From Nitrospirota bacterium (GTDB taxonomy: Bacteria; Nitrospirota; UBA9217): a DNA stretch of 64,000 nucleotides. Below, one piece after another: positions 53,524 to 64,000 of the stretch. A program made the translations under genes and the position numbers. The notes under the pieces are model-generated. The model was given only the letters and a program-made list of their open reading frames with translations. It searched no databases and was not told where the DNA came from. Within the stretch, counting starts at the first letter, position 1. Every line of letters starts with the position of its first letter. Location of the stretch: positions 2,720,001-2,784,000 of the forward strand of contig OY760142.1 of assembly GCA_963663225.1 (NCBI GenBank). The letters run 5' to 3'.

Positions 53524-56500
53524 ATGCGTCTTCCGGAAATAGCCATTAAAAGACCCGTCTTTGTGACCATGATCGGATTAGCTCTGATCGTGTTCGGAGT
53601 TATCGGATACAACCAGCTGGCACTCGACCTCTATCCCAAGGTTGACTTCCCGGTGGTAAACATCACAACAAAACTTGCAGGTGCAAGTCCTGAGGTGATG
53701 GAAGTAGATGTCACGGATCCCGTCGAGGAAGCAGTTAATACAATCAGCGGTGTCAAATACATCACATCGAGAAGCACGGAGGAATACTCCGTCGTGACCG
53801 TGGTGTTTTATCTTGAGCGAAACATAGAGCAGGCTGCCCAGGATGTCAGGGATAAAGTGGCCGCCATCCGTAATAAGCTTCCTCGGGACGCAGAACCGCC
53901 GATAATCGAGAAGATCAGCCCGGAAGACCAGCCCATCGTCTGGATTTCCGTATGGGGTGACCGGTCCATCAAGGACATGACGCACTATGCGGACAAAATC
54001 CTTAAACGAAATATTGAAAAGATACCGGGTGTCGGCTCCGTTACGATCAACGGCGGCAGAGTGCGCCAGGTCCGCCTCTGGCTTGACCAGAAAAAGATGG
54101 ATGCAGTGTCGCTTACCTCGGAGGATGTAAAACTCGCGCTGGGACGCGAACACAAGGAAGTTCCCGGCGGCCGCATTGAAAATGCAAAAACCGAATTTAC
54201 CGTTAAAACCAAAGGAGAGTATGATACTCCCGAAGCGTTCAACAACATGGTCATTACCTACCGGCACGGGAGGCTCATCAAACTGCGGGATATCGGCTAC
54301 GCAGAAGACGGAATGGAAGATGAACGGTCGATTTCCCGCTTTAACGGAAAAACCTCTGTAGGACTTGCCGTAAAACGCCAGACCGGAGAAAACACGGTGG
54401 CAGTGGCAGAGCGTGTAAAAACCGCCGTTGCCACAATCACTCCGCCGTCCGGCATGAAACTGGACATTTCTTTCGACCAGTCGAAATATATCCGTCGTTC
54501 CATTGAAGACGTTCAGGTGTCGCTTTGGCTCGGGGCGATTCTTGCCGTTGTAATCATTTTCATTTTTTTAAGAAGCATCAGAAGCACGCTGATCAGTGCC
54601 GTGGCCCTTCCTCTTTCTGTAATAGCGTCCTTTGCTTTCATCCAGCTGTTCGGCTTTACGATGAATGTCATGACCATGCTTGCACTGTCGCTGTCCATAG
54701 GAATTCTGATCGATGACGCGATTGTGGTGCTCGAAAACATCTACCGAAGGATGGAAGAAGGGGAAATGCCAGCGCAGGCGGCCCGTGAAGGAGCCTCAGA
54801 AATAGGTCTTGCGGTAATGGCAACAACGCTGTCTATCGTCGCTGTTTTTATTCCGGTCGCGTTTATGAAAGGTATTGTGGGGAAATTCTTCTTCGAATTC
54901 GGCATCACGGTGACCGTTGCCGTACTCATTTCACTGTTCGTATCATTGACGTTCACTCCCATGATGACATCACGGTTTTTAAGCTACCGGCGGAAACACG
55001 GAAGACTCTACCTGTTCTTGGAAAAAGGTTTTGAAAAAATATATGACGTTTACCGTCCGCTTCTGGCTTTTGCATTAAACAACCGCATAAAAGTGCTGGC
55101 GGCTGCCGGAGTCTGTCTGGCTGCGGGTATCGCTATTTTCCTCTTTCTTGATAAGGAATTCATGCCTGCCGAGGACGAAGGGAGATATATGGTAAGGCTG
55201 GAGACGCCCATTGATTATTCACTCTCCCGTGCAGATTCTCTTATGAAAAGCATTGATGAACAGTTGCAAAAGCGCTCTGAAGTCTTGAATACCCTCTATG
55301 TTACCGGGTCGGAACTCGGACAAGACATCAATAAAAGCAGGATTTACGTCAATTTGAAAGAACGCAAGGATCGGAAATTACTTCAGATTGATTCCATGAG
55401 CCAGGTCCGTAACTCTCTTGCAAAAGTCCCGGACCTGAAATCGTCCGTTGAAGATATCGCCATGGTCGGCGGAGGTATGCGTTCGGTTCCCGTCCAAATG
55501 ATGGTGCAGGGGAGGGACCTGGAAGAACTGAACAAACGTACTCTGGCAATTAAGGATTCTTTCTCAAAAATTCGAGGAATTGTGGATGCCGACACGGACA
55601 TCGAGATCGGAAAGCCCGAGGTCCGGATTATGATTGATCGCGATCGGGCCGCAAATATGGGAGTGACCGCCGCCAGCATCGGCAGTACCGTTAATACGAT
55701 GATCGGCGGCGAAAACATAGCAAAGTACAAGGATGAAAAGGAAGGTGAACGGTATGATATCAATGCCCGGCTTATTTCACCCGACCGGAGCGCTCCTTCC
55801 GATCTTGACAAAATACGTGTCCGTTCGATGTCGGGAGAGCTGGTCCGCATGAAAGATGTTACGGCATTTCGGATCGGCACGGGTCCGACAGTCATTACGC
55901 ATCTTGACCGGCAGCGCGCCACCACGCTATTTGCCGGTACTGAAAAATCAAAACCCGCACAGGAAGCCATGAATGACCTAGAACGGATCACAAAAAAAAA
56001 TCTGACCCCGGAAATGTCTTTTCGTTTTATGGGTATGAGCGACGCCATGCTGGATGCTTTTAAAAACATCGTTTTTGCCCTGATTCTTGCCGTTATTATG
56101 GTATATATGATTCTGGCAGCGCAGTTTGAAAGTTTCGTACATCCCTTTACGATCATGTTTTCGCTGCCGGTGAGCCTTATCGGCGCCATGGGTCTGCTTA
56201 TGGTTACGGGGGAACGCATCAATATTTTCAGCCTGATAGGCGTCATTCTGCTCATGGGCCTGGTGACCAAAAATGCGATTTTGCTGGTTGATTATACCAT
56301 CACGCTCAGACACCAGGGAATGGAGAGAACAGAGGCAATCCTGAAAGCCGGCCCGATACGGCTCCGTCCTATTCTGATGACCACGGCTGCAATGGTTTTT
56401 GGTATGCTTCCCACGGCCTTCAAAATCGGCGAAGGGTCGGAAGCCCGCGCACCCATGGCCATTGCCGTTATCGGAGGACTGATTACTTCAACGCTGCTCA

Positions 56501-56589
56501 CGCTCGTTGTAATTCCGGTTGTCTATACGCTTGTTGACGATTTGGAAAACTGGTTGAAAGTAAAACGAGCAAAAAACATACCTTCTTAA
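53524..56589 (+). CDS. RND (AcrB/MdtBC-like) efflux permease
   Basis: [55 protein letters not shown]. Confidence 0.95.
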   Translation: MRLPEIAIKRPVFVTMIGLALIVFGVIGYNQLALDLYPKVDFPVVNITTKLAGASPEVMEVDVTDPVEEAVNTISGVKYITSRSTEEYSVVTVVFYLERNIEQAAQDVRDKVAAIRNKLPRDAEPPIIEKISPEDQPIVWISVWGDRSIKDMTHYADKILKRNIEKIPGVGSVTINGGRVRQVRLWLDQKKMDAVSLTSEDVKLALGREHKEVPGGRIENAKTEFTVKTKGEYDTPEAFNNMVITYRHGRLIKLRDIGYAEDGMEDERSISRFNGKTSVGLAVKRQTGENTVAVAERVKTAVATITPPSGMKLDISFDQSKYIRRSIEDVQVSLWLGAILAVVIIFIFLRSIRSTLISAVALPLSVIASFAFIQLFGFTMNVMTMLALSLSIGILIDDAIVVLENIYRRMEEGEMPAQAAREGASEIGLAVMATTLSIVAVFIPVAFMKGIVGKFFFEFGITVTVAVLISLFVSLTFTPMMTSRFLSYRRKHGRLYLFLEKGFEKIYDVYRPLLAFALNNRIKVLAAAGVCLAAGIAIFLFLDKEFMPAEDEGRYMVRLETPIDYSLSRADSLMKSIDEQLQKRSEVLNTLYVTGSELGQDINKSRIYVNLKERKDRKLLQIDSMSQVRNSLAKVPDLKSSVEDIAMVGGGMRSVPVQMMVQGRDLEELNKRTLAIKDSFSKIRGIVDADTDIEIGKPEVRIMIDRDRAANMGVTAASIGSTVNTMIGGENIAKYKDEKEGERYDINARLISPDRSAPSDLDKIRVRSMSGELVRMKDVTAFRIGTGPTVITHLDRQRATTLFAGTEKSKPAQEAMNDLERITKKNLTPEMSFRFMGMSDAMLDAFKNIVFALILAVIMVYMILAAQFESFVHPFTIMFSLPVSLIGAMGLLMVTGERINIFSLIGVILLMGLVTKNAILLVDYTITLRHQGMERTEAILKAGPIRLRPILMTTAAMVFGMLPTAFKIGEGSEARAPMAIAVIGGLITSTLLTLVVIPVVYTLVDDLENWLKVKRAKNIPS

Positions 56590-56625
56590 ATAACCGCACG
56601 GTTTTATTATCAGGAGAATGAATTC

Positions 56626-57444
56626 ATGCTCAGGCTTGGACATATCATCTATTCTAACTGTTTCCCTCCCCATGCCGGGATTGTGAACCAAACAGTAGAT
56701 TTTCCTTTCGAAGTTATAAATGGAATTCCGAGTGAATTGAACAAGAAGCTCTATGAAGGTGTGGTGGATATATCTCCATCGTCCTCAATCGAATATGCAA
56801 AGCATTATCCCCGATATGTGCTGCTGCCGGATATATCAATTACCTCTCGAGATAAAGTCATGAGCATCATTCTGCAAAGCCGCGTGCCGATGGACGATCT
56901 CAACAAAAAAACCGTCGCGCTTACGACTGCCTCGGCAACATCGGTGGTGCTGCTTAAAATTCTTCTTGAACTTCAGTGCAAAGTCAGGCCATCGTATACT
57001 TCATATATTCAGGGAATAGAGAATCCGTCGAATATTGCCGACGCGTTTCTCACAATCGGAGATCTGGCGCTCACACAGCCGTCCGCTCCGGGTTTTGCCT
57101 ATCGGTACGATCTCGGTGAACTCTGGCATGCATTTACCGGACTCCCCTTTGTGTTTGCACTCTGGCAGGTGAATTACAAGCATGAAAGCGAACGTGATCT
57201 GTCTCGCTTGTATGATATACTTATAACATCAAGAACATACGGTTTGGCGCACCTGCAGGAGCTTTCGCTTGCTTATGAGAAACATTTTAATGTTCCTGCC
57301 GGTGTACTTGTTCATTATTGGAGGTCATTCAGCTATTACTTCGGTTCAGAAGAACAAAAAGGTCTTCTCACGTTTTACCAATATGCGGCAGAAATCGGAG
57401 CGATAGCCGCAGTGCCGGACCTGAAATTTTGGGTAAAACAGTGA
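56626..57444 (+). CDS. mqnA: Chorismate dehydratase (futalosine menaquinone pathway)
   Basis: GHIIYSNCFP, GIPSELN, SSIEYA, VMSI, SATSVVLL, IGDLAL, DLGELW...TGLPFVFALW. Confidence 0.85.
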   Translation: MLRLGHIIYSNCFPPHAGIVNQTVDFPFEVINGIPSELNKKLYEGVVDISPSSSIEYAKHYPRYVLLPDISITSRDKVMSIILQSRVPMDDLNKKTVALTTASATSVVLLKILLELQCKVRPSYTSYIQGIENPSNIADAFLTIGDLALTQPSAPGFAYRYDLGELWHAFTGLPFVFALWQVNYKHESERDLSRLYDILITSRTYGLAHLQELSLAYEKHFNVPAGVLVHYWRSFSYYFGSEEQKGLLTFYQYAAEIGAIAAVPDLKFWVKQ

Positions 57445-57462
57445 CTCAAACGGAACAATCGC

Positions 57463-58446
57463 ATGCCATTAACACATCATCATACCGAGCTGCATGAACA
57501 CGACCACCATGATCATGACCATGGCACTGATCATGGTTTTCATCACTCGTCAACAGGAGGCAGAAAAGATCTCCTGATTGCCCTCAGCATTACCGTGGCC
57601 ATGATGGTCGTGGAAATAATCGGAGGTTTGCTTTCCAACAGCCTTGCGCTGTTGTCTGACGCCGGGCATATGCTGATAGACAACCTCGCCCTTCTTCTTT
57701 CCTTTTTTGCAATGAAATTTTCCACCATGCCGGCCACTGATAAAAAAACCTTTGGTTTTTATCGCCTCGAGATACTGGCCGCCCTGGTCAATGGGATCAC
57801 CCTGGTGCTTATTTCCCTCTATATCATCTATGAAGCATACCTCAGAATACTGCATCCGCAGCCGGTCCAGGGCTCGCTGATGCTTACCATAGCGGTTATC
57901 GGTCTTATTGCCAATATTATCGGCGCAGCTGTGCTGAGAAAACACCAGCATGCAAATCTCAATATCCGGGGAGCTTTTCTGCATATTATAGGAGACGCAG
58001 CAGTATCGGTAGGCGTCATCATCGGCGGCATTGTCATCCTGAACACAGGATGGTACCTGATCGATCCGATTCTGAGCGTTCTTATCTCTTGCGTAATCAT
58101 TTTCGGTTCATGGCAGCTGCTGAAAGAATCAGTGAATATTCTGCTTGAAGCGGCGCCTTCACATATCAGCATTGATGCCGTCGCCGCTGAAATCGGAAAA
58201 ATAAACGGTGTGCGTGAAGCATATCATATTCATCTCTGGACGATAACGTCCGGTGTTTATGCACTGAGCGCCCATGTACTCATAGATGATCAGCCCGTCA
58301 GCGGAAGCAGGGAAATCATTGATGACATCAGATCGCTCTTATCCAAACAATTCAATGTGCTCCATAGCACTATTCAACTCGAATGTGAACGGTGTGACAT
58401 GGGCCCGGTCTGCAGCCTGCCGCGTGATATCCAGCAACCGCGGTGA
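57463..58446 (+). CDS. CDF family Zn/Co/Cd exporter (CzcD/ZitB-like) with His-rich N-terminus
   Basis: SLALLSDAGHMLID, TFGFYRLEILAA, NIRGAFLHIIGD, HIHLWTI. Confidence 0.93.
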   Translation: MPLTHHHTELHEHDHHDHDHGTDHGFHHSSTGGRKDLLIALSITVAMMVVEIIGGLLSNSLALLSDAGHMLIDNLALLLSFFAMKFSTMPATDKKTFGFYRLEILAALVNGITLVLISLYIIYEAYLRILHPQPVQGSLMLTIAVIGLIANIIGAAVLRKHQHANLNIRGAFLHIIGDAAVSVGVIIGGIVILNTGWYLIDPILSVLISCVIIFGSWQLLKESVNILLEAAPSHISIDAVAAEIGKINGVREAYHIHLWTITSGVYALSAHVLIDDQPVSGSREIIDDIRSLLSKQFNVLHSTIQLECERCDMGPVCSLPRDIQQPR

Positions 58447-58609
58447 TCCGTCGTTCTGACATCCTAACGCCGTACTTACTGCAATAATTGTTTTATTCTG
58501 CCGGTTGCGGATACTATCAGTGACTTGTCGTTGTACAGAGCGGAAGGATTTTAAAATCTGCTCTTCCTGATCACGTACGACTGCCAACAGGGGACTACAA
58601 CATCTCACA

Positions 58610-59929
58610 ATGAAGCTATATACTGCTTTAATTATACTACCGCTTTTTTTCTCCGCGTCGGCCTTGGCTGAACCAAGAATAAGCCTGCGTGATTGCATAG
58701 AAACGGCCCTGAAACAGCAGCCGAGTATGAAAGCTGCCATGGCTGGAATAGCAGCGAGCAAGGGCAGAGAAATTCAGGCCGTATCTCCCTATTTACCGCA
58801 GATCAACTCAAGCACCGGATATGCAGACAGCCGCCAGCTTGGAGGGTCTTTCGGCGACAGTTTTACAAGAAGCTATACGACCACCTTGTCGATCAATCAG
58901 ACCATTTATGACTTCGGCAAGACCGGAAATGCGCTTGATGCTGCGCGGTTCAGCACCCGTTCGAGTGAATTGGATTCTGATCGTATCCGACAGGACGTGA
59001 TCCTGAACGTAAAACAGGCATATTTTGCTTTACTTCTGGCCAAGAAAATTGTAGGAGTCGCACAAAAAACCCTTGAACAGGCTGAAAGCCATCTCCATCA
59101 GGCCACGGCTTTCTTTCAAGCCGGATCGAAGCCCCGTTTCGACGTGACCCGTGCCGAAGTCGAAGTAAACAGCGCGCGACTCGGCCTGATCAACGCAAAA
59201 AATACAGTCCGAATTCGATCGATAGCACTGTACAACGCCATGGGCAGTGAACCGGGAGCGATCCTGGAGATTGAAGATGTCATGTCGACCCCTTATGCAC
59301 TGCCGTCATACGATCAGGTAAAGGAAGAATCGCTCAAAATCAGGCCGGAAATGCGTAAGGCCGATGCTGATATCGATGCTGCGCGATCTAAGGTCAAGGC
59401 AGCAGAAGCAGGCTTTTTCCCGACTCTTTCAGCAACAGGATCCTACAACTGGGTACATGGCCAGTCACAGACCGGACCGCTGTTCCACGGTGATCTCCAG
59501 GACAGCTGGAACGCGGGCATTATGCTGTCCCTCCCGCTTTTCGAAGGCGGTCTTACGCAGGGAAAGGTGAGCGAGGCGCGTGCAAACCTGCTTGCAATCG
59601 AAGCGCAGCGTGAAACGCTGAAGCACTCCATTCTGATGGAAATCAGTCAGGCGTATGCGGATATCGAAAGTGCGAAGGTCCGCATCGAAGTAATGGAAAG
59701 TTCCCTCCAGAAAGCGCGTGAAAATCTTTTCATCGCGCAGGGCAGATATGAAGCTGGCGTGGGGCCTTATATAGAGGTCACGGACGCACAGGTCTCCGCC
59801 ATAAACGCCGAAACCGACCATGTTCAGGCCTTGTATGATTATCATCTTGCAGCGGCACGCCTTCAGAAAGCAATAAGCATTCCAGAACAAATGTACAACG
59901 CAGCTGATACGATGTCAGGCAAATACTGA
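58610..59929 (+). CDS. TolC family outer-membrane efflux protein
   Basis: Signal peptide; NQTIYDFGKT, VKQAYF, SLPLFEGG, RYEAGVG. Confidence 0.9.
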   Translation: MKLYTALIILPLFFSASALAEPRISLRDCIETALKQQPSMKAAMAGIAASKGREIQAVSPYLPQINSSTGYADSRQLGGSFGDSFTRSYTTTLSINQTIYDFGKTGNALDAARFSTRSSELDSDRIRQDVILNVKQAYFALLLAKKIVGVAQKTLEQAESHLHQATAFFQAGSKPRFDVTRAEVEVNSARLGLINAKNTVRIRSIALYNAMGSEPGAILEIEDVMSTPYALPSYDQVKEESLKIRPEMRKADADIDAARSKVKAAEAGFFPTLSATGSYNWVHGQSQTGPLFHGDLQDSWNAGIMLSLPLFEGGLTQGKVSEARANLLAIEAQRETLKHSILMEISQAYADIESAKVRIEVMESSLQKARENLFIAQGRYEAGVGPYIEVTDAQVSAINAETDHVQALYDYHLAAARLQKAISIPEQMYNAADTMSGKY

Positions 59930-59968
59930 ACACCAGTTTAATCAGCAGTTTTTCTACCATGAGTTTGA

Positions 59969-60448
59969 GTGCGAGGAAACTTAGGAGGTTTGCGAAGGGT
60001 GCAGTCTGAAAAATTCATTTTTACTGTAGACCTCCCGGTAGATGCTGTCTGGAACTTTATGAATGACCGCGCCAAGGTCGCAGGCCTTTTTCCGGGATGC
60101 ATGAACGTTGAAATTCTGAACGAACTTGATTCGCTCTGGACAGTCAATTTTGCGATTGGGCCGTTCAATCGTACACTTGATTTGCAAGGCCACACTACGG
60201 CATTGATCAAGCACGAACTCATTGCCTGGACGGTACAGCATGCTTTATTTACCGTAGCAGGTTCCACCGTTTTGCACAAAATTACCGAAGAGAAAACCGA
60301 GGTTATCTATACCCTTCAAGCGGAAATGACCGGATATTTGATGCTTTTTCAGGAAATAGTTGCAGGACAAAAAATAAAGGAGACCGTCCGCATGTTTATC
60401 GAAAATATAAAGAAAGGTCTTGCCGCGCTTCAAAAGGCCGGAAACTGA
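59969..60448 (+). CDS. CoxG/SRPBCC family protein (start may be GTG 59999)
   Basis: LPVDAVWNFMND..VAGLFPGC, FAIGPF. Confidence 0.7.
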   Translation: MRGNLGGLRRVQSEKFIFTVDLPVDAVWNFMNDRAKVAGLFPGCMNVEILNELDSLWTVNFAIGPFNRTLDLQGHTTALIKHELIAWTVQHALFTVAGSTVLHKITEEKTEVIYTLQAEMTGYLMLFQEIVAGQKIKETVRMFIENIKKGLAALQKAGN

Positions 60449-60459
60449 GGGTCGGGCCG

Positions 60460-61554
60460 ATGTCTATCAGCTTCAAGCTGTTTAAAAACAAGATTGTCTG
60501 GTTTGGAATTGTGGCTGTGCTCGTAGCCGTTGTTTTCACTCTATACGGGAAAAAAACGATTCCGGTCAGAGTCGTAAAACTGCAGCAGGGAGATCTTCGC
60601 GTCATCGTAAATGCCACGACGACATCCACCGTGAAATCTGAAACCGAAGTGACGCTTTCTGCGCAGCGTACCGGAAAAGTTATCATGCTTCCCGTCAGAG
60701 AAGGGGATACCGTCAAAGCGGGAACACTCATCGCCCGCCTTGATTTAACAGAAGAGTCAGTACAGACAGAAAACGTGCTGGCGCAAAGCAAGGCAACCTA
60801 TGAGGAAGCCGGCAAAAACCTCAAACGGACTGAAGACTTGTTCAACAAAGGAATGGTAGCCCAGCAAGACCTCGATGCAGTGCGAAGGACGTATGAAGTG
60901 GCAAAATCTCAATTCCAGTCATCGGTTGCTGATGCTGGTGTAAAGCGGGATTATTCTGTTATAAAAGCGCCATTCAACGGTGTTATAGCAAAAAAGTATT
61001 CAGAGGTGGGTGAGCTGCTCCTGCCGGGGAAACAGATCGTCCAAATTGTGAATCCAGACCGTGTTTATGTGCTCGCAACCATAGACGAGGTGGATGTCGG
61101 CAGACTCAGAATCGGCCAACCGGTGACCATTTCGGTCGATGCCTTTCCGGGTGAAAAATTCAACGGAGAGGTACGGCGGATATCCCCAATTGTAAGCGGT
61201 GGAAAACTGGAGACACGTACGGCCGATGTCTGGATATATTTTAACGAAAAGCAAAACAGGATCAAGCCCGGCATGTCTGCTGATGTGGAAATTCTTGTGT
61301 CGGTTCTTCAAAACGTGCTTTCAGTGCCCTCCCAGGCTGTCATTGACAGGGGTGGGAGAAAACAGGTATATGTTGCAGACGGTAATGCTCTGAATCCGGG
61401 CGATAAAACTGTTGCAAAATTAAAAGTAGTTCAAACAGGTGAAACCAACTGGAGCTTTACCCAGATCACCGGCGGCTTGTCATCCGGAGAATATATCATT
61501 ACCACACCAGAAGCCGAAGGACTAAAAGACGGATCAACCGTAAAAATCGAATAA
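60460..61554 (+). CDS. Efflux periplasmic adaptor (MacA-like MFP)
   Basis: TM anchor; VREGDTVKAG, IKAPFNGV, DEVDVGRL, IKPGMSA, LSVPSQAV. Confidence 0.92.
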   Translation: MSISFKLFKNKIVWFGIVAVLVAVVFTLYGKKTIPVRVVKLQQGDLRVIVNATTTSTVKSETEVTLSAQRTGKVIMLPVREGDTVKAGTLIARLDLTEESVQTENVLAQSKATYEEAGKNLKRTEDLFNKGMVAQQDLDAVRRTYEVAKSQFQSSVADAGVKRDYSVIKAPFNGVIAKKYSEVGELLLPGKQIVQIVNPDRVYVLATIDEVDVGRLRIGQPVTISVDAFPGEKFNGEVRRISPIVSGGKLETRTADVWIYFNEKQNRIKPGMSADVEILVSVLQNVLSVPSQAVIDRGGRKQVYVADGNALNPGDKTVAKLKVVQTGETNWSFTQITGGLSSGEYIITTPEAEGLKDGSTVKIE

Positions 61555-61617
61555 GTACTGCGTTCATTCAATCCCGATTTACGTCGATGTCAATCTGCTT
61601 CACCACATTGTGGCACC

Positions 61618-62295
61618 ATGATAGAACTTTCTAATATATCGAAATCCTACCATATGGGGAGCGGGGACATCACCGTCCTCAGATCAATAACCCTTTCCAT
61701 CAAACAAAAAGAATTCATCGCAATCATGGGCCCGTCCGGTTCGGGAAAATCAACGCTCATGAATATTGTCGGTTGTCTCGACCGTCCATCAGGCGGCACA
61801 TATTTTTTTGAGAACAGAGAAATCAGTTCTCTGACGGATGATGAACTGGCGGCAGTCAGAAACAAAAAAATCGGCTTTGTGTTTCAGACCTTCAATCTTC
61901 TCCCGCGATTTTCAGCCTTGAAGAACGTTGAGATACCGCTGGTTTATAGCGGGATTCCATCCCGGCTGCACAAGGACTATGCGCTGCCATTGCTCGAAAA
62001 AGTCGGGCTTGCAGACCGTATCCAGCATAAACCTTCAGAGCTGTCAGGCGGCCAGCAGCAACGGGTGGCAATTGCCCGGGCGCTGGTGAACAATCCGCCA
62101 CTGTTGCTTGCGGATGAACCGACAGGAAACCTGGACAGCCGTTCAGGAGAAGAGATTCTCAATATTTTGACGGAACTGAACCAACAGGGAGTGACTCTTG
62201 TCATTGTTACGCACGACAAGAATGTCGCCGTGCGATGCAAACGGATCATAACGCTGAAAGACGGACAAATTACCGGTGATCAGGTGAATATATGA
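61618..62295 (+). CDS. ABC ATPase (MacB/LolD-like)
   Basis: GPSGSGKS, LSGGQQQRVAIARA, LLADEPTGNLD, VTHD. Confidence 0.95.
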   Translation: MIELSNISKSYHMGSGDITVLRSITLSIKQKEFIAIMGPSGSGKSTLMNIVGCLDRPSGGTYFFENREISSLTDDELAAVRNKKIGFVFQTFNLLPRFSALKNVEIPLVYSGIPSRLHKDYALPLLEKVGLADRIQHKPSELSGGQQQRVAIARALVNNPPLLLADEPTGNLDSRSGEEILNILTELNQQGVTLVIVTHDKNVAVRCKRIITLKDGQITGDQVNI

Positions 62296-63500
62296 ACCTG
62301 TTTGAAACGTTCAGGGTCGCGTTTGAAGCAATCCAGTCGAACAAAGTCAGATCCGGCCTTACTATGCTTGGTGTCATCATTGGTGTAATGGCTGTAATTC
62401 TGCTCGTATCAATCGGCGAAGGAGCGAGAATTTACATCACCAAAGAGCTTACCGGACTTGGTACCAATCTGCTTATTATTACGCCGGGCAAAACCAGCAC
62501 CAGCGGAGGATTTCATCCACCATCCGCCGGGACCGTCAGAAAATTAACGTACGATGATGCACTCGCATTGAAGAGGAGGGCCTGGTTGCTGAGTGACGCT
62601 GTTCCGATCGTTTTCGGTACGGGCCGTGTGAAGTATCTGAATCATGCACGCGATACGACAATTATCGGCACAACACCAGAATTCGAACGCGTAAGGAACC
62701 TCTATGTAGATTCCGGAGCATTTGTCACCGAGCAGGATGTTGATTCAAAAGCCAAAGTCGTCGTGCTCGGCAGGACGGTGAAAGACGAACTGTTCGGCCT
62801 TGAAAACCCTCTCGGCAAAGTCGTGATGCTTTCCGATGCACGGTATCGGGTCGTTGGTGTTATGAGAAAAAAGGGGACAAGTCTTGGATGGGACATTGAT
62901 GATGTTGTATTTATCCCCACAACCAGCGGCCAGGAACTTTTTGATACCGACGGGTTGTTCGAGATTATAGCTTCTACTCCGCGAACGGAAGACACAGAAC
63001 GGGCCATAGCCCAGATCAAAGACATTCTCATCAGACGGCACGCTCACAAAGAGGATTTTACGATCGTGACGCAGGGTGCCATGCTGTCGACCATGAATAC
63101 CATTTTAAATGTTTTGACCGCGGTCCTCGGCGGAATCGCCGGCATCTCCCTTCTGGTGGGAGGCATCGGCATCATGAATATCATGCTGGTTTCCGTCAGG
63201 GAACGCACACGGGAAATAGGAATCCGCAAGGCCCTCGGCGCCCGAAACAAAGACATTATGGCCCAGTTCATGATCGAAGCCATAACACTAAGCGGAGCAG
63301 GCGGATTGATCGGCATACTGGCAGGAGTGGGCCTGGCTCTTCTTATTCCCGTATTTATTGATGTTCTTCCAACCAGTGTTTCGGCTTGGTCCATTATCAT
63401 GGCGTTTTCGTTTTCTGCCGCTGTTGGTGTTTTTTTCGGAGTTTATCCCGCACGCAAGGCCGCTCTCCAGGATCCTATACAAGCCCTTCGCTACGAATAA
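62292..63500 (+). CDS. MacB/FtsX-like ABC permease
   Basis: RSGLTMLGVIIG, VGGIGIMNIMLVSVRERTREIGIRKALGA, YPARKAA..DPIQALRYE. Confidence 0.95.
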   Translation: MNLFETFRVAFEAIQSNKVRSGLTMLGVIIGVMAVILLVSIGEGARIYITKELTGLGTNLLIITPGKTSTSGGFHPPSAGTVRKLTYDDALALKRRAWLLSDAVPIVFGTGRVKYLNHARDTTIIGTTPEFERVRNLYVDSGAFVTEQDVDSKAKVVVLGRTVKDELFGLENPLGKVVMLSDARYRVVGVMRKKGTSLGWDIDDVVFIPTTSGQELFDTDGLFEIIASTPRTEDTERAIAQIKDILIRRHAHKEDFTIVTQGAMLSTMNTILNVLTAVLGGIAGISLLVGGIGIMNIMLVSVRERTREIGIRKALGARNKDIMAQFMIEAITLSGAGGLIGILAGVGLALLIPVFIDVLPTSVSAWSIIMAFSFSAAVGVFFGVYPARKAALQDPIQALRYE

Positions 63501-63650
63501 TTTTTTGCGTAAACATAAAAAAATTGTTTTTGCTTTTTTTATGTGAATTTTACCTTGATTAATATTGTACACTAAAGTATTATATCGTTCATTTATTTGT
63601 TAGTAACAATTTTTATTGCATGGTTAAAATAATTATCTGCGGTTTCCACT

Positions 63651-64000
63651 ATGGAAAAAAACTTAACTTCACTCGCCAAAATATCGCGTCCCAGGCTGAC
63701 CAGCGTCCTGCCGAGAGAAAGACTTTTTTCAGCCATGGACAAGAACAAAAAGAAACCTGTTACCTGGATAACAGGACCGGCTGGCTCAGGGAAAACCACC
63801 CTTGCAGCCAGCTATCTCGATAAACATAAAATTCCCTGCCTGTGGTACCAGCTTGATGAAAATGATGATGATCTGGCTACTTTTTTCTATTACATGGGGG
63901 TCGCTGCCTGGAAAGCGGCTCCCCGGTATAAAAAACATCTTCCATACCTGTCGCCGGAATACATGCCGGGTATTTCCGTATTTTGTCAAAAATTTTTTGA
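63651..64000 (+). CDS. MalT-like STAND ATPase regulator, 3'-truncated by window edge (absent from ORF track)
   Basis: MEKNLTSLAKISRPRL..VLPRERLF...WITGPAGSGKTTLA...WYQLDENDDDLATFFYY, open to window end. Confidence 0.85.
   Translation, partial: MEKNLTSLAKISRPRLTSVLPRERLFSAMDKNKKKPVTWITGPAGSGKTTLAASYLDKHKIPCLWYQLDENDDDLATFFYYMGVAAWKAAPRYKKHLPYLSPEYMPGISVFCQKFF

Noticed and set aside
57472-57546. CAT/GAC-rich repeat as a DNA repeat element
   Set aside because: Encodes the His/Asp-rich N-terminus typical of CDF transporters
63620-63989. Short ORFs listed at the window end
   Set aside because: Out of frame or antisense to the real MalT-like gene starting at 63651

Overview
64 kb of chromosome from a diderm, LPS-making and probably anaerobic bacterium; gene content suggests Nitrospirota or Desulfobacterota (inference only). 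In order: tsaC-phoH2-VKOR/Trx-resB-ccsA on +; then a run of minus-strand accessory genes (5.8-26.6 kb) that includes a Cys-rich histidine kinase and a receiver-LpxC fusion and ends in a chromosomal integron. The integron has an attI candidate, Pc/Pint promoter candidates, five clear attC sites plus decayed ones, and an intI reduced by internal deletion to fused N- and C-terminal remnants. After it come prmA and a housekeeping block (rplU-rpmA-obgE-proB-proA-nadD-rsfS-rlmH-lapA/B fusion-gpmI-comF); an uncharacterised seven-gene envelope cluster (two LPP20-like proteins, TPR-SLH lipoprotein, transglutaminase-like enzyme, DUF799-like, CsgG/FlgT-like, FecR); fur-feoB-DtxR/FeoA with a Fur box; regulators; RND and MacAB-type efflux genes with mqnA, a CDF transporter and a CoxG-like gene; and the start of a MalT-like regulator. 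No tRNA, rRNA or CRISPR array was recognised. All calls come from reading motifs by eye, with no database searches.
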